Assembly (NCBI GenBank): GCA_026986775.1
Contig: JALSNX010000028.1
Coordinates: 7,609-71,608 of the forward strand
Length of the DNA stretch: 64,000 nt
DNA from: a candidate division WOR-3 bacterium
Lineage (GTDB): Bacteria; Hydrothermota; Hydrothermia; UBA1063; CAJXJZ01
Direction of reading: 5' to 3'
Shown: positions 19,151 to 29,844 of the stretch, in pieces
Position numbering within the stretch: the stretch's first letter is position 1
How the letters are laid out: every line of letters begins with the position of its first letter
Made by a program: the position numbers and the translations under genes
The notes under the pieces: model-generated
The model's input: the letters and a program-made list of their open reading frames with translations, nothing else
What the model was told of the DNA's origin: nothing
Database searches by the model: none

Positions 19151-20116
19151 TTATTTCGGAAGGCTAACTTTTATACGTTCATGGGTGTAATCCAACTCGC
19201 ACACAGAACATCGCGAAATCAAATGAGAAAGAAGTGTAGAGTCTTTCCCGAGACCTGTTGCAAAGCCTGTCTCTATGGGGTCTACATTTAAAGGATATAT
19301 GCTGTAATGCACTGAGTCTGAGTCAATTTCAACACTGATAAAAGCCCCATTTACACTCCTTGAGTAAGAACCGAATATGAAATTACCAAGAGAATATGCT
19401 ATGAGTTTTCCCTTATATACCTCAACGGGCTGCACTCTATGGGGATGATGGCCATATACAAGGTCTGCACCGTTATCTATACATTTTCGTGCCATTTCTA
19501 TCTGATATTCCTTTGGCGTATCCATTTTCTCTGCACCAAAATGGAATGCTACTATGAGGAAATCAACCTTTTTTCTCATCTTTCGCACCATGGGAAGGAC
19601 ATTGCCGGGATAGCCGGGTGCAATACCGGGCTTTCTCTTTTCAGCATAAAACTCAAGTGGGAAGGTCATGGCAAAATTCAGAATACCTATTTTGAACCCG
19701 TTTTTTTCAAGCACTACTCCTTTTGAGGCATCTTTGAGATTTGCTCCTGCCCCCGCGTAAAAAAGCCCATGGGCTTTTATTGCCCTTATAGTTGAGAACA
19801 TTCCATCTATACCGTAATCAAGCATATGATTATTGGCAAGAAGGAAAACATTCAAACCATGCTTTTTGAACACCTTCATGAACGCTGGAGGGAATTTGTA
19901 AATGTATTTTTTGTTCGGGAATGGAATACCTGTATCCGTTGCAGGTGATTCAAGATTTACCACATTATAATCAGCCTGATTAAGTACACTATCAATATTG
20001 ACAAAAATTGAATCTGGATTTTTTAAAAGTACGTCCGTCACCCAGTTTGCAGGCATGAAATCACCGAAAAGGTTTATCCTTACCAGAGATGCAATAAGCA
20101 GGAAGGCAAAAATCAT
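19151..20116 (-). CDS. CapA/PGA_cap family metallophosphoesterase
   Basis: 321 aa. N-terminal signal/TM, LANNHMLDYG, VAFHFGAE, GHHPHRVQ motifs. Confidence 0.75.
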   Translation of the reverse strand: MIFAFLLIASLVRINLFGDFMPANWVTDVLLKNPDSIFVNIDSVLNQADYNVVNLESPATDTGIPFPNKKYIYKFPPAFMKVFKKHGLNVFLLANNHMLDYGIDGMFSTIRAIKAHGLFYAGAGANLKDASKGVVLEKNGFKIGILNFAMTFPLEFYAEKRKPGIAPGYPGNVLPMVRKMRKKVDFLIVAFHFGAEKMDTPKEYQIEMARKCIDNGADLVYGHHPHRVQPVEVYKGKLIAYSLGNFIFGSYSRSVNGAFISVEIDSDSVHYSIYPLNVDPIETGFATGLGKDSTLLSHLISRCSVCELDYTHERIKVSLPK

Positions 20117-22197
20117 TTTTTCTCTATTTCTTCAGGTTTAAACGTTTTCTTACATTTCGGGCATCTAAAGTAAACACCTTTTTTGCCTTTTACTTTCTCA
20201 AGAACAGGGTATCCACATGATGGGCATTTAATTGCCACAGGCTCATGACTCAGTGTGAAACGACACTCAGGATAATTGCTACAGGCGTAAAAGGTCTGAC
20301 CTTTCCTGTTTTTTCTTTTTATAAGTTCGCCTCCACAGACGGGACATTTTACACCCGTTTTTTCTGGTTCGTTTAAGGGACGTGTATACTTACACTCTGG
20401 ATAATTGGAACATGCAATGAACTTCCCGTATCTACCCCACTTCACAACTAAAGGTGCACCACACACCGGACACCTTTCATCTATCTCCTTCGTGGCATCC
20501 TCATCCTTAATCTTCTTTATATTTGCTTTAAACTCCTCAAGTTTTACCTTGAGTTTTTCGTAAAACTCCCTTACAATAGACTTCCAGTCAGCCCTGCCGT
20601 TTTCTATCTCATCCAGTTGTTCCTCCATCTTTGCGGTAAAATTTACATCAAACAGGTCAGGAAATCTCGGCACCACCACTTTCTTCACAAGCATACCTAA
20701 TTCTGTGGGATACAGGGTCTTTTTTCTCCTGATAACATACTTCCTCTCTATGAGAGTGGAAATCGTTGGGGCGTAAGTGGATGGTCTTCCCACACCGAGC
20801 TGCTCAAGGGTTTTTATAAGTGTTGCATCGGTGTATCTCGGCGGTGGTTCTGTATGTTTTTCAACTATACTGAGGCTTACTTTATCAACAACATCCCCTT
20901 TCTTCATATCTGGTAAAATAACATCTTCCGGTGTTTTTTTGAGTATACGATAAAATCCATCAAATAATAACCTTGTTCCTTTGCCCTGAAACTTTATATC
21001 ATCATGTCCATGAGGCACTATACTGAAGGTGGTTTCCTGAATTTTCGCACTCTTTGCCTGCGATGCCACTGCCCTGTTCCATATGAGAGTATAGAGTTTT
21101 AAAAGGTCATTGTCTATTTTCCCTGCAAGTTGTTCTGGAGTAAGAAAGATGTCGGTGGGTCGTATGGCCTCGTGTGCACCCTGAACGTTTCTGGACTTAT
21201 CTTTAAACTCCCTTGCAGTTTTCGGAACGTAATCACTTCCATAAATGGACTTTAAAAATGACCTTATTTTTTTCAGTGCTTTCTCTGAGAGCCTCAGTGA
21301 GTCTGTTCTCATATAGGTAATAAGTCCCTTACTCTTCCCATCTATCTCAACGCCTTCATAAAGTCTCTGGGCAAGTTGCATGGTCCTCTTGGGAGAAAAA
21401 CCAAGCAACCTTGATGCATCCTGCTGAAGTGTGGAAGTCTTGTATGGTGGGGGGGGAGCAACATATTTTTCCTTCTCAGTATACTCAGCAACGATGAACT
21501 TGCTATCTTTTATTGCTCTGAGAATCTTTTCAATCTCCTCTTTTGATTCTATCCTCTTCTTTGGCTGATAAACAGCTTCAAATCTGGTTCCATCCTTCTC
21601 AAACACGCCATGAATAACATAGTAAGTTACCTTCTGAAAGGCATTTATTTTTTCTTCTCTCTCGCATATAAGGCGTAATGCCACAGTCTGAACCCTTCCT
21701 GCAGAAAGGCCTTTGGCAATGGCTTTCCATAAAAGTGGACTTATTGTGTAGCCCACGATTCTGTCAAGCGTTCGTCTCGCTTTTTGAGCATTTACAAGGT
21801 TTATGTTTATATCGGTGGGGCTTAGTATGGCGTTTTTTACCTCCTCGGGTGTAATTTCATAGAAAAGTACCCTTTTTATGGGAACATTTTTTACTTTCTT
21901 TTCTATTTCCTCTTTTATATGTTGTGCTATGGCTTCTCCCTCTCTATCGGGGTCACTTCCCAGATAAATCACACTTGCACGGCTTGCCTCTTCCTGTATC
22001 TTTTTTACCACCGGTCTTTTATCTCTCAGCAATATATAATGCGGCTCAAAATCACCATCAAGGTCTATACCCATTTTACTCTTTGGAAGGTCCTTTATAT
22101 GTCCTTTAGACGCAAGTACACTGAAACCGCGCCCAAGATAACCTTTAAGCGTCCTTGCTTTGGTAGGTGACTCTACTATTAAAAGTTTCTTTGCCAT
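20113..22197 (-). CDS. topA: DNA topoisomerase I
   Basis: 694 aa. TOPRIM N-terminus (LLIVESPTKARTL), catalytic Tyr region, three C-terminal CxxC zinc-ribbon repeats. Confidence 0.95.
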   Translation of the reverse strand: MAKKLLIVESPTKARTLKGYLGRGFSVLASKGHIKDLPKSKMGIDLDGDFEPHYILLRDKRPVVKKIQEEASRASVIYLGSDPDREGEAIAQHIKEEIEKKVKNVPIKRVLFYEITPEEVKNAILSPTDININLVNAQKARRTLDRIVGYTISPLLWKAIAKGLSAGRVQTVALRLICEREEKINAFQKVTYYVIHGVFEKDGTRFEAVYQPKKRIESKEEIEKILRAIKDSKFIVAEYTEKEKYVAPPPPYKTSTLQQDASRLLGFSPKRTMQLAQRLYEGVEIDGKSKGLITYMRTDSLRLSEKALKKIRSFLKSIYGSDYVPKTAREFKDKSRNVQGAHEAIRPTDIFLTPEQLAGKIDNDLLKLYTLIWNRAVASQAKSAKIQETTFSIVPHGHDDIKFQGKGTRLLFDGFYRILKKTPEDVILPDMKKGDVVDKVSLSIVEKHTEPPPRYTDATLIKTLEQLGVGRPSTYAPTISTLIERKYVIRRKKTLYPTELGMLVKKVVVPRFPDLFDVNFTAKMEEQLDEIENGRADWKSIVREFYEKLKVKLEEFKANIKKIKDEDATKEIDERCPVCGAPLVVKWGRYGKFIACSNYPECKYTRPLNEPEKTGVKCPVCGGELIKRKNRKGQTFYACSNYPECRFTLSHEPVAIKCPSCGYPVLEKVKGKKGVYFRCPKCKKTFKPEEIEKK

Positions 22198-23238
22198 TTA
22201 AAAATCCACATCCACTTCTCGTAAATACCTGGCAGCCTCTTCTGGAATGGTGGGGTTGATATGAAGTCCGGAACCCCACTCAAAGCCTGCTATTTTTGTG
22301 ATCCTTGGGACCAATTCTATATGCCAGTGGTAGTCATACTCTATTGTTGACCAGTAATGCGGTCTTCCAGGACGTTCATGGGTGGAAGGTGCTGTATGCA
22401 AAATCATGTTAAATGGCGGGTCATTGAGAACGACCTTTATTCTGTAAAGCATCTGCTTCAGCGCATAGGCTACATGGTAAAGCTCATCATCATTTAAAAG
22501 TGCAAAATCGTGTAAATGCTTTTTGGGAATAAGCCATGTTTCAAAGGGAAAGGAGGAGGCATATGGTTCCCAGATTACAAAGTGTTCGTTTTCCCATACT
22601 ATCCTTTCTCCCAACATTAGTTCCTGAGCCAGTATATCACACATGAGACACCTTTCTTTTCTCTTAAAGTGTTCCTGAGAGGCGGTAAGCTCTGTTGTTA
22701 CCACGGTTGGCACCATGGGAGTTGCTATTAACTGAGAATGGGGATGTTCAAGAGATGCACCTGCTTCTCTGCCATGATTTTTAAAAACAAGAATGTATCT
22801 GAATCTGATGTCCTTTCTCAAATCACGTATCCTTTCCCTGTATGCAACAAGAACATCTTTTATTTCTTCAACACTCCTGTCAGCCATGTGTGAATCATGC
22901 TTGGGTGTCTCTATTATTACCTCATGAGCACCTATACCACTTACCTTGTCAAAAAGTCCTACTCCCTCTCTTTTAAACTCACCTTCTATTCTCAGTGCAG
23001 GGAATTTATTTGGCACAACTCTTACCTTCCAGCCTGAGGTATTGGGTTCTCTATCATTTTTGTCTGTTATCACAAAGATTTCTGGTGGGGTTTTGTCTTC
23101 ATGACCATAGCAAAAAGGGCATAAAGCTCCCTTTTTCTTCTCTTCTTTAGGTATTTTGAAATCATGAGGCCTTCTACCTCTTTCCGTGGCTATAATAGTC
23201 CACCTTATCCTTAAAGGATCATATCTTATTTCTGGCAT
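22198..23238 (-). CDS. GalT-like hexose-1-phosphate nucleotidyltransferase (HIT superfamily, class I GalT family)
   Basis: 346 aa. Zn-binding CPFCxGHE, active site HPHSQ (compare GalT HPHGQ), duplicated half-barrel. Confidence 0.75.
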   Translation of the reverse strand: MPEIRYDPLRIRWTIIATERGRRPHDFKIPKEEKKKGALCPFCYGHEDKTPPEIFVITDKNDREPNTSGWKVRVVPNKFPALRIEGEFKREGVGLFDKVSGIGAHEVIIETPKHDSHMADRSVEEIKDVLVAYRERIRDLRKDIRFRYILVFKNHGREAGASLEHPHSQLIATPMVPTVVTTELTASQEHFKRKERCLMCDILAQELMLGERIVWENEHFVIWEPYASSFPFETWLIPKKHLHDFALLNDDELYHVAYALKQMLYRIKVVLNDPPFNMILHTAPSTHERPGRPHYWSTIEYDYHWHIELVPRITKIAGFEWGSGLHINPTIPEEAARYLREVDVDF

Positions 23239-23239
23239 A

Positions 23240-25279
23240 CTATTCCTCCATTTTCAAACTCACGTTAAATATCTTGTGTTTAAGCGGATAGGTGAATATA
23301 ATACTGCTTCCCTGATACACCATATCCATTCCAGACTCTGACTGGGAAAGAGTGTAAACAGGGTAAACCCATATTCCACATTCCTCTGAACACACAAATT
23401 CTAATTTAATACCAAAATACTCATCTTCTATAACAAGCATATCACCTTTTCCTTCAAACATCTCCGCATTACCATGGTACTCTGCATCTTTTAGCCTGAA
23501 TACAGGTTTTACAAAATGGAGATTGAACTCAACCCCTGAAAGTAAAGTGAATGGTACCCTGCCTTTTGTATTAAGGGTAAAACTCACTGTATTTCCATCA
23601 AGTACAACTTTCTTGGCAACCTCAAATGGATAATTTCCGTTCTCTGTATATATTCCTCCATTTCTGTGAAGATAGATGGTTCTCTTTGCTCTGTCTGTTC
23701 TCAGGTTATACGGCATGTTAACAAAATCTCCCAGTTCTCTGAATTTCATATATCTCAGCATAGAAACGGTAGTATCAGGTGGTAATATATGGAAAAGCAG
23801 GGACCTTCGCTCATACCAGTCATAAACCATTTCCTTTTTGACACGAGAAGACACATACCGTTTAATCTCATGGATTGATTTTGCCTCATCCTGTTTTCCT
23901 TCTTCTTTTACTTCAACATCCTTGTGGTAGTGTTCAAATCTACGCGTAAGTGTGTCCTGAAAATTGATGCCCTTTTCCATGGAGGAAAGTTCATAAATAC
24001 TTCCATCTTTTGCTGTAATGCCTACAGAAAGCTTGCTATTTTTCATATAAACCTCATCATAGCCATCTGCATCCATGTCATCACGCACAAAAATGTCACG
24101 AGAGACCATCTTTTCCGCTGTAAGGAGATTTGAATACACTGCCCTGCGAAGATGTGGAAGGTAAAGCCCACCAAAGACACCATGCCAGTAAGCATCGTTG
24201 GCCTGTCCCCTCATAAGATGCAAAAGTGCCCTGCCCTTTTTGCTTCCCTCATATGAGTTGACCAGATTGGAAACAAAAATCATCTTTTTGTGCATTATGT
24301 TTGCTTCTGTATATTTTACCAGAAAATTCTTCCAGATTCCACCCTTTATAAACATCCTGTTGGCTTCAAACATCCTGTTTTTTCTCAGATAGTCCACAAA
24401 ATCAGTGAATTTAACGGCCACATCTGATGGTAACGACCATTCTCCCATCTCAAAATACGACGACGAGGGAAGATACACCCTGCCCAATGGTTTTCTTTTT
24501 TTCATATATCCTGAATACGTATCCGTCTCTACAAAGTCTGATGCCAGAACCAGCTCAATAAACTCCTTTAACCATCCTTTTTCATAAACCCACTCAAATG
24601 TGCCAGGCCATACGCCAAACTTTTCACCATCATCAAAAATGCATGCAGCATCAGAGGGGGCATTATCCCTTACCCATTTAAGATAATCCATAATTTCCTC
24701 TGGCTTTTTAAAGGGAATGAGATACCTGAGAGTCTGATTAATGGGAAATACTCCTATCTTTTTACCTTCAGACTCCGTATAGTAGTAGCCGAATAGATTC
24801 CTGTCTGATATACCTGCCTGAAGGAAATGGTAATCATCCACAACAACATAGGAAAGCCCTATATCAACAAGCGTCTTCAAAACATCACTTTCAAAAACCC
24901 TTTCCGTAAGCCAGAGTCCTGAAGGTCTTGTTCCAAATTTCTTTTTTATGTATGAAAGTGATTTTTTTATTTGATGACGTCTATCCATCTCCGGAATGGC
25001 AGCAAGAACTGGCTCATAAAACCCGCTTATTACAATCTCAATCTGATTTTTTGCCAGCATTTCTCCAATTATATCCATAAACTCTGGATGCTTGTCCTCA
25101 AAAAACTCCCACAGAGCTCCTGTAAAATGAACGGTGAATTTAAAATCAGGATATTTTCCGGCCACTTCCATGAACGGAAGGTAACTCTTCCTGTAGGCTT
25201 CTTCAAAAACAAAATCAAAATTGCCTACTGGCTGATGGGAATGAAGCCCAAGAAGAAGCGTGACCTTTTTATTCTTCAT
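23240..25279 (-). CDS. Glycoside hydrolase family 57 alpha-glucan enzyme (amylase / 4-alpha-glucanotransferase type)
   Basis: 679 aa. N-terminal GLHSHQPVGNF (the GH57 HQP motif) and conserved GH57 regions. Confidence 0.8.
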   Translation of the reverse strand: MKNKKVTLLLGLHSHQPVGNFDFVFEEAYRKSYLPFMEVAGKYPDFKFTVHFTGALWEFFEDKHPEFMDIIGEMLAKNQIEIVISGFYEPVLAAIPEMDRRHQIKKSLSYIKKKFGTRPSGLWLTERVFESDVLKTLVDIGLSYVVVDDYHFLQAGISDRNLFGYYYTESEGKKIGVFPINQTLRYLIPFKKPEEIMDYLKWVRDNAPSDAACIFDDGEKFGVWPGTFEWVYEKGWLKEFIELVLASDFVETDTYSGYMKKRKPLGRVYLPSSSYFEMGEWSLPSDVAVKFTDFVDYLRKNRMFEANRMFIKGGIWKNFLVKYTEANIMHKKMIFVSNLVNSYEGSKKGRALLHLMRGQANDAYWHGVFGGLYLPHLRRAVYSNLLTAEKMVSRDIFVRDDMDADGYDEVYMKNSKLSVGITAKDGSIYELSSMEKGINFQDTLTRRFEHYHKDVEVKEEGKQDEAKSIHEIKRYVSSRVKKEMVYDWYERRSLLFHILPPDTTVSMLRYMKFRELGDFVNMPYNLRTDRAKRTIYLHRNGGIYTENGNYPFEVAKKVVLDGNTVSFTLNTKGRVPFTLLSGVEFNLHFVKPVFRLKDAEYHGNAEMFEGKGDMLVIEDEYFGIKLEFVCSEECGIWVYPVYTLSQSESGMDMVYQGSSIIFTYPLKHKIFNVSLKMEE

Positions 25280-25291
25280 ATCTTACCTCCT

Positions 25292-27355
25292 TCAGACAAT
25301 CCAGTTTTCCTCAACATCCTCCCGGGATATTAGTCGCAAAATATAGAACCCGCTTGCGGGAAATCTCTCCTGAACAATCTCTTTTACAATAATTTTTATA
25401 GCAAGTGCTACAGTTGTATCATCAAGCATAACCTTGCCAAGTGGGACAGAGCACTCAAATACTTTACCCTTCACACAATCTCCGTATTTTCCTTCAACAA
25501 TTTCAAATATTTTGTGCCCCTCAATATCAAAAAACTCTATTCCAATAATACTTTCCATACTTTCAAGAGATTTTTCGCCTTCCACCCTCAGATAAAGATT
25601 ATTCTCATCTCTTCCAAAGAAGAGTCTTGTAAGCGAGGATTTACCCCTTTGCATTACTCCACCCTGTCCGCTTTCAAGGTCAATAACACCAGCACCCAGC
25701 CATTCAAAGAAGTTGGTTACTTTACCATCAAGAGTAGGAGAAATAAAATCACTCTCCTCCTCTATTACATATGTTCTCTTTCTTGTCACGCGTACTGGTA
25801 CATCAAGAAATCCCGGTACATTTCTGCCCAATTTTCTGTAAATCTCTTTTAGATGCTCTCTAAATAGTACATCAAATGTCTCAGCATAAAACGTGGGATT
25901 GTCATCTCCATACCACCAGAACCAGTCCGAACCTTCAGCATATATAAGCTCCATCTCTGCATGACTTTGCTCTTTTAAACTATCTTTGACTTCGTTCTTT
26001 ACGCGAACCAGGTATTCCCATGCTTTGTTTTTTTCAGGATGTCCTATCCATGTGGTGAAATCTGACCTTATCCATGACCCCGGGTGTAACCTCACAAGTT
26101 TTTTACTTTCATGGTTCAGTAAATCTTCTCCCGTCACAAACTCAACCATACCTGAAGCTTCAAGTGTTGAAAATAGTTTCTTCAAAAAGGGTACTCCACC
26201 GTCTTTATAGTTTTCCCAGGGGTTTTCTCCATCAAGAATAATACTTACAACCTCTCCGCCATGCAACACAATGTTTCTTATCCTGTCCATAAAATAAGAA
26301 ATTGCTTTTTCCTTACTCAATCTGTATAAATCAAAGCCTATGCTATCAGACAGTTCCCTATCTCTAAATAAAATCCTGACACCATTAAACTCATATATTT
26401 TGTAAATTTCTGAGGGAAAGTCTCCATTGCGGATTACGTATCCCAGAGATTTTTCCAGTATACCCTCATCAGTACCCACCCACTTTACATCATGCACCCG
26501 GGCAAGATTAATAAATTTTTCAGAAACACCACCCTCAGCAGGCCACATCCCTGAAGGTCTTTTTTTGAATACGGACTCTATGTAATCCATACCAAGTAAA
26601 AGTTGCCTCTCTGCATTTTTCGGGAACCTCCACCTTGTTTCAGGGAGACGAGTATATGGATTTGAAACTTCTGCACAGGATGAGTCTATAAGTAAAGGTG
26701 AGATCGGATGCGCATAGGGTGTAAATGTTATTTCTATCTTGCCTTCTTCCTGCAATTTTCTATAAAGAGGCACAATACGAGAAAGTAAAGTTTTATGCAC
26801 TTCTAAAACCACAGTCTTGTCTTCCTCGCTGTATCCGTAATCTTTTCTTTTTAACTCACCAAGCTCTGGAAACTCTTTTATTGCATAAACAGAGGTGTTA
26901 TAAAGATAAAACAGAATCTGAAGGTCCCTTATCTCACTCGTGGTAAACCTGCTAACCTTTTTTTCTATATCATAGGGACTACCCCTCTTGTCCAGAAGAT
27001 ACAAATAACGCTTTGAGTTTTTGAGCTTCGTGTTGTAATTTAAAGAAAAGAAGTTTTTCAGAATAAATACTCTCTCTTCAAAAGAAAGTGATTCAGCATC
27101 CTTTTTGAAATGTTGTAGAAACACATCCTCAAAATCGTTATTTATATAATCGTTGAGCTGTTCAATGAGGCTCGGAACAAAATTAATGGTGAGCTTTATG
27201 TTATCAATGTCTTCTATCACACGTGCCACATCGTAATATTCTCTTATTCCGTGCATATAAACCCATGGCATGAGATAAACATTCTTTCCGTCCTTTCTTA
27301 TACGATAAACGGGCTGGTGCATATGAAACAAAAACAGAATCTTTACTTTATCCAT
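25292..27355 (-). CDS. Glycoside hydrolase family 57 protein, second paralog (branching-enzyme/amylase-like)
   Basis: 687 aa. FHMHQPVYR GH57 signature at the N-terminus. Confidence 0.75.
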   Translation of the reverse strand: MDKVKILFLFHMHQPVYRIRKDGKNVYLMPWVYMHGIREYYDVARVIEDIDNIKLTINFVPSLIEQLNDYINNDFEDVFLQHFKKDAESLSFEERVFILKNFFSLNYNTKLKNSKRYLYLLDKRGSPYDIEKKVSRFTTSEIRDLQILFYLYNTSVYAIKEFPELGELKRKDYGYSEEDKTVVLEVHKTLLSRIVPLYRKLQEEGKIEITFTPYAHPISPLLIDSSCAEVSNPYTRLPETRWRFPKNAERQLLLGMDYIESVFKKRPSGMWPAEGGVSEKFINLARVHDVKWVGTDEGILEKSLGYVIRNGDFPSEIYKIYEFNGVRILFRDRELSDSIGFDLYRLSKEKAISYFMDRIRNIVLHGGEVVSIILDGENPWENYKDGGVPFLKKLFSTLEASGMVEFVTGEDLLNHESKKLVRLHPGSWIRSDFTTWIGHPEKNKAWEYLVRVKNEVKDSLKEQSHAEMELIYAEGSDWFWWYGDDNPTFYAETFDVLFREHLKEIYRKLGRNVPGFLDVPVRVTRKRTYVIEEESDFISPTLDGKVTNFFEWLGAGVIDLESGQGGVMQRGKSSLTRLFFGRDENNLYLRVEGEKSLESMESIIGIEFFDIEGHKIFEIVEGKYGDCVKGKVFECSVPLGKVMLDDTTVALAIKIIVKEIVQERFPASGFYILRLISREDVEENWIV

Positions 27356-29844
27356 TGCTTTATTCTTTTCACATACTCCCTGTGAAGTTTCTCAGCCTCA
27401 TCTCTGTTCAGTGCTTCCACGAACACATGAAAGTAAGGCTCAAATTCATCTGGATGAATCATCACCCACGAATCTTTATACACTATTTTGATACCATCAA
27501 GGAATGAGGCTTCCTCTCCATGAGCAAGTTCACTCATCTTTCTCATAACAGTTCCTTTTCTATCCCACGGACAGGCGACCTTTTCATGTATAAAATATGG
27601 CCTCTTTAAATCACTGTAAAAGCCATTGATATCCTTTCCAACTCCTGCAAGCATTTCCAGTATTTTACCGATTGCAAACATACCATCTTCTGCTATCTGA
27701 AACTCCGGAAAAATAAAGGCGCCATTCCCCGATGCTACAAGTTTCATATCCGGTGTCTTTGCCTCCTGCGCCATAACTCTTGGATTTGTTGCAATAGGTC
27801 TTACTTCAAAGCCCATTCTCTCGCCTTCTTCAAACACAATTTTAGGAGTATAGGGTGGCACTGCAATGACACCATGTTCGCCATAGGAAAGGGTAAGCAT
27901 GGAGACAAAAACCAGAAGGTCAATACCCTCTATAACATTGCCTCTGTTATCCACAACAATAATCTTCTCGCCATTGGGATAAAGATAAAATCCGACGTCA
28001 AATTTGAGAGATTTTACTATCTTCCCAAGTTCTATGAGCCTCTTTTTGATAACCTCTTCACTCTTAGAAATCTTCCTGTAATCACTGTAAGAATTGAGTG
28101 TAACTACATCCTCAACAAGCTCCTCTATCATGTACAAAAATCTTGGGGCGGTTGTTCCATTTGAGAGGTCAAGAACAATTCTAAACTTCCGTTGCCTTAT
28201 TAGCTCTGTGTTAAGAGCCTTTTTAAATCCCTCCTCATAAAAATCCCAGAGCCTTGTTTCAAAGCTAATACTTCCCACCTCATAATGATGGGCACGCCTG
28301 AAGTCTTCCCTGTAATAAATTCTTTCTATGGATTTGGCTTCAGAACCTGATATATCAACACCATTAGAGTCATAGAAATAGATTTCTGTGGATTCAGGCT
28401 CAGTGGGAGACTGTTTGAAGTAAACGCCTCCCATCTCACCAAAAGTTTGAAGTTTATATCTTAAAACAGGTATTGGAATGTTCTGTGCGTCCTTTACCTG
28501 CACTCCCGTGGACGCAAGTCCACCCATAAATGACCTTCTAAGCATTCTTGAGGCAGGATGTGCATCCCTTCCCAGTAAGATGGTTGCATTTCTCGGTAAC
28601 ACTGTTCCGTATGCAGAACCAAGTTTGGTGGTCATTTCAGGCGTAAGCTCAATATTTGTAAGCCCCTTTATAAATGAACCCTGAAACAGTGCCTTTTTCC
28701 ATTTCTCACCCCATACAAGGTTAAAAGATACAACTGAACCCTGCTCTATCTTCTTACTCGGCCATATTTTTATCCCCTCTTTAACAACAGACTCCCTTCC
28801 TATTCTGCACTCATCCCCTATAACCGCACCCTCCTGAATATGAACATTCTCCTCAACATAGACTCCATTCATTAAAACTGCTTTCTCAATTTTTGTGGCC
28901 TTTTTGAGATAAACATTATCCCAGAGTATTGCACCATCAAGAACAACATCGTCCTCTATTACACAATTATTGCCTATAACCGAGAGCCTTATCTTGGAGT
29001 TTTTGCCGATCCTGGTATTATTACCTATGATAATGGTACCCTGAAAGTTTACATTCTTTCCCAAAACCACATCCTCCCCGATACGAACATCCCTTCCTAC
29101 AAGGTCAAGCTTCTTTCCCGGCACTTCAACGTTAACCATACCATTTAAAATATCGTAATTTGCCAGTCTGTATGAATCAGGGTCTCCTATATCCCTCCAG
29201 TACCCTTCTGATATAAAACCAAACAACCTTTTCTTTTCATTCAGAAGTGCTGGGTAGAGATTCTTTGAAAAATCATATTCCTCATCCTGTGGTATCCTTT
29301 CAATCATCTCGTCGGTAAGAAGGTAAATACCGGTATTTATGGTATCAGAAAATACCTCTCCCCATGTGGGCTTTTCCAGAAACTTAATTATTCTACCCTC
29401 TTCATCTGTAATAACTATACCAAATTGAAGTGGATTATCCACTCTGGTAAGACCGATGGTAACATCAGCAGATTTTTTGTTGTGAAAATCAAGCATTTCT
29501 GAAAGTTCAAAGTCAGTGAGAAGGTCACCACTTATGATAAGATAAAGGTCATCAGGAAATCTATCCCTTGCAAACCTTACAGCACCAGCGGTTCCAAGGT
29601 CTTTATTTGGTATAACATAGTTTATCCTCACTCCGAAATCACTTCCATCGCCGAAAAAGTTCTTGATATATTCTGGGTGATAATAAAGGAGCATAACGAT
29701 ATCAGTTATACCATGTCTTCTAAGAAGTTTCACTATATGCTCCAGGACAGGACGATTTACAAGAGGAAGCATGGGTTTTGGAATATTTACGGTAAGGGGC
29801 CTTATTCTGGTCCCGAACCCACCTGCCATTACAAAGGCTTTCAT
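27343..29844 (-). CDS. Sugar-1-phosphate nucleotidyltransferase (left-handed beta-helix) fused to a degenerate phosphohexomutase-like domain
   Basis: 833 aa. N-terminus MAGGFGTRIRPLT (GGxGTRxxPLT), hexapeptide-repeat region, and a C-terminal alpha-D-phosphohexomutase fold in which all four catalytic loops are altered (QSPTEP, YPNGEK, SGNGAF, HPDEFEP). Confidence 0.75.
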   Translation of the reverse strand: MKAFVMAGGFGTRIRPLTVNIPKPMLPLVNRPVLEHIVKLLRRHGITDIVMLLYYHPEYIKNFFGDGSDFGVRINYVIPNKDLGTAGAVRFARDRFPDDLYLIISGDLLTDFELSEMLDFHNKKSADVTIGLTRVDNPLQFGIVITDEEGRIIKFLEKPTWGEVFSDTINTGIYLLTDEMIERIPQDEEYDFSKNLYPALLNEKKRLFGFISEGYWRDIGDPDSYRLANYDILNGMVNVEVPGKKLDLVGRDVRIGEDVVLGKNVNFQGTIIIGNNTRIGKNSKIRLSVIGNNCVIEDDVVLDGAILWDNVYLKKATKIEKAVLMNGVYVEENVHIQEGAVIGDECRIGRESVVKEGIKIWPSKKIEQGSVVSFNLVWGEKWKKALFQGSFIKGLTNIELTPEMTTKLGSAYGTVLPRNATILLGRDAHPASRMLRRSFMGGLASTGVQVKDAQNIPIPVLRYKLQTFGEMGGVYFKQSPTEPESTEIYFYDSNGVDISGSEAKSIERIYYREDFRRAHHYEVGSISFETRLWDFYEEGFKKALNTELIRQRKFRIVLDLSNGTTAPRFLYMIEELVEDVVTLNSYSDYRKISKSEEVIKKRLIELGKIVKSLKFDVGFYLYPNGEKIIVVDNRGNVIEGIDLLVFVSMLTLSYGEHGVIAVPPYTPKIVFEEGERMGFEVRPIATNPRVMAQEAKTPDMKLVASGNGAFIFPEFQIAEDGMFAIGKILEMLAGVGKDINGFYSDLKRPYFIHEKVACPWDRKGTVMRKMSELAHGEEASFLDGIKIVYKDSWVMIHPDEFEPYFHVFVEALNRDEAEKLHREYVKRIKQWIK

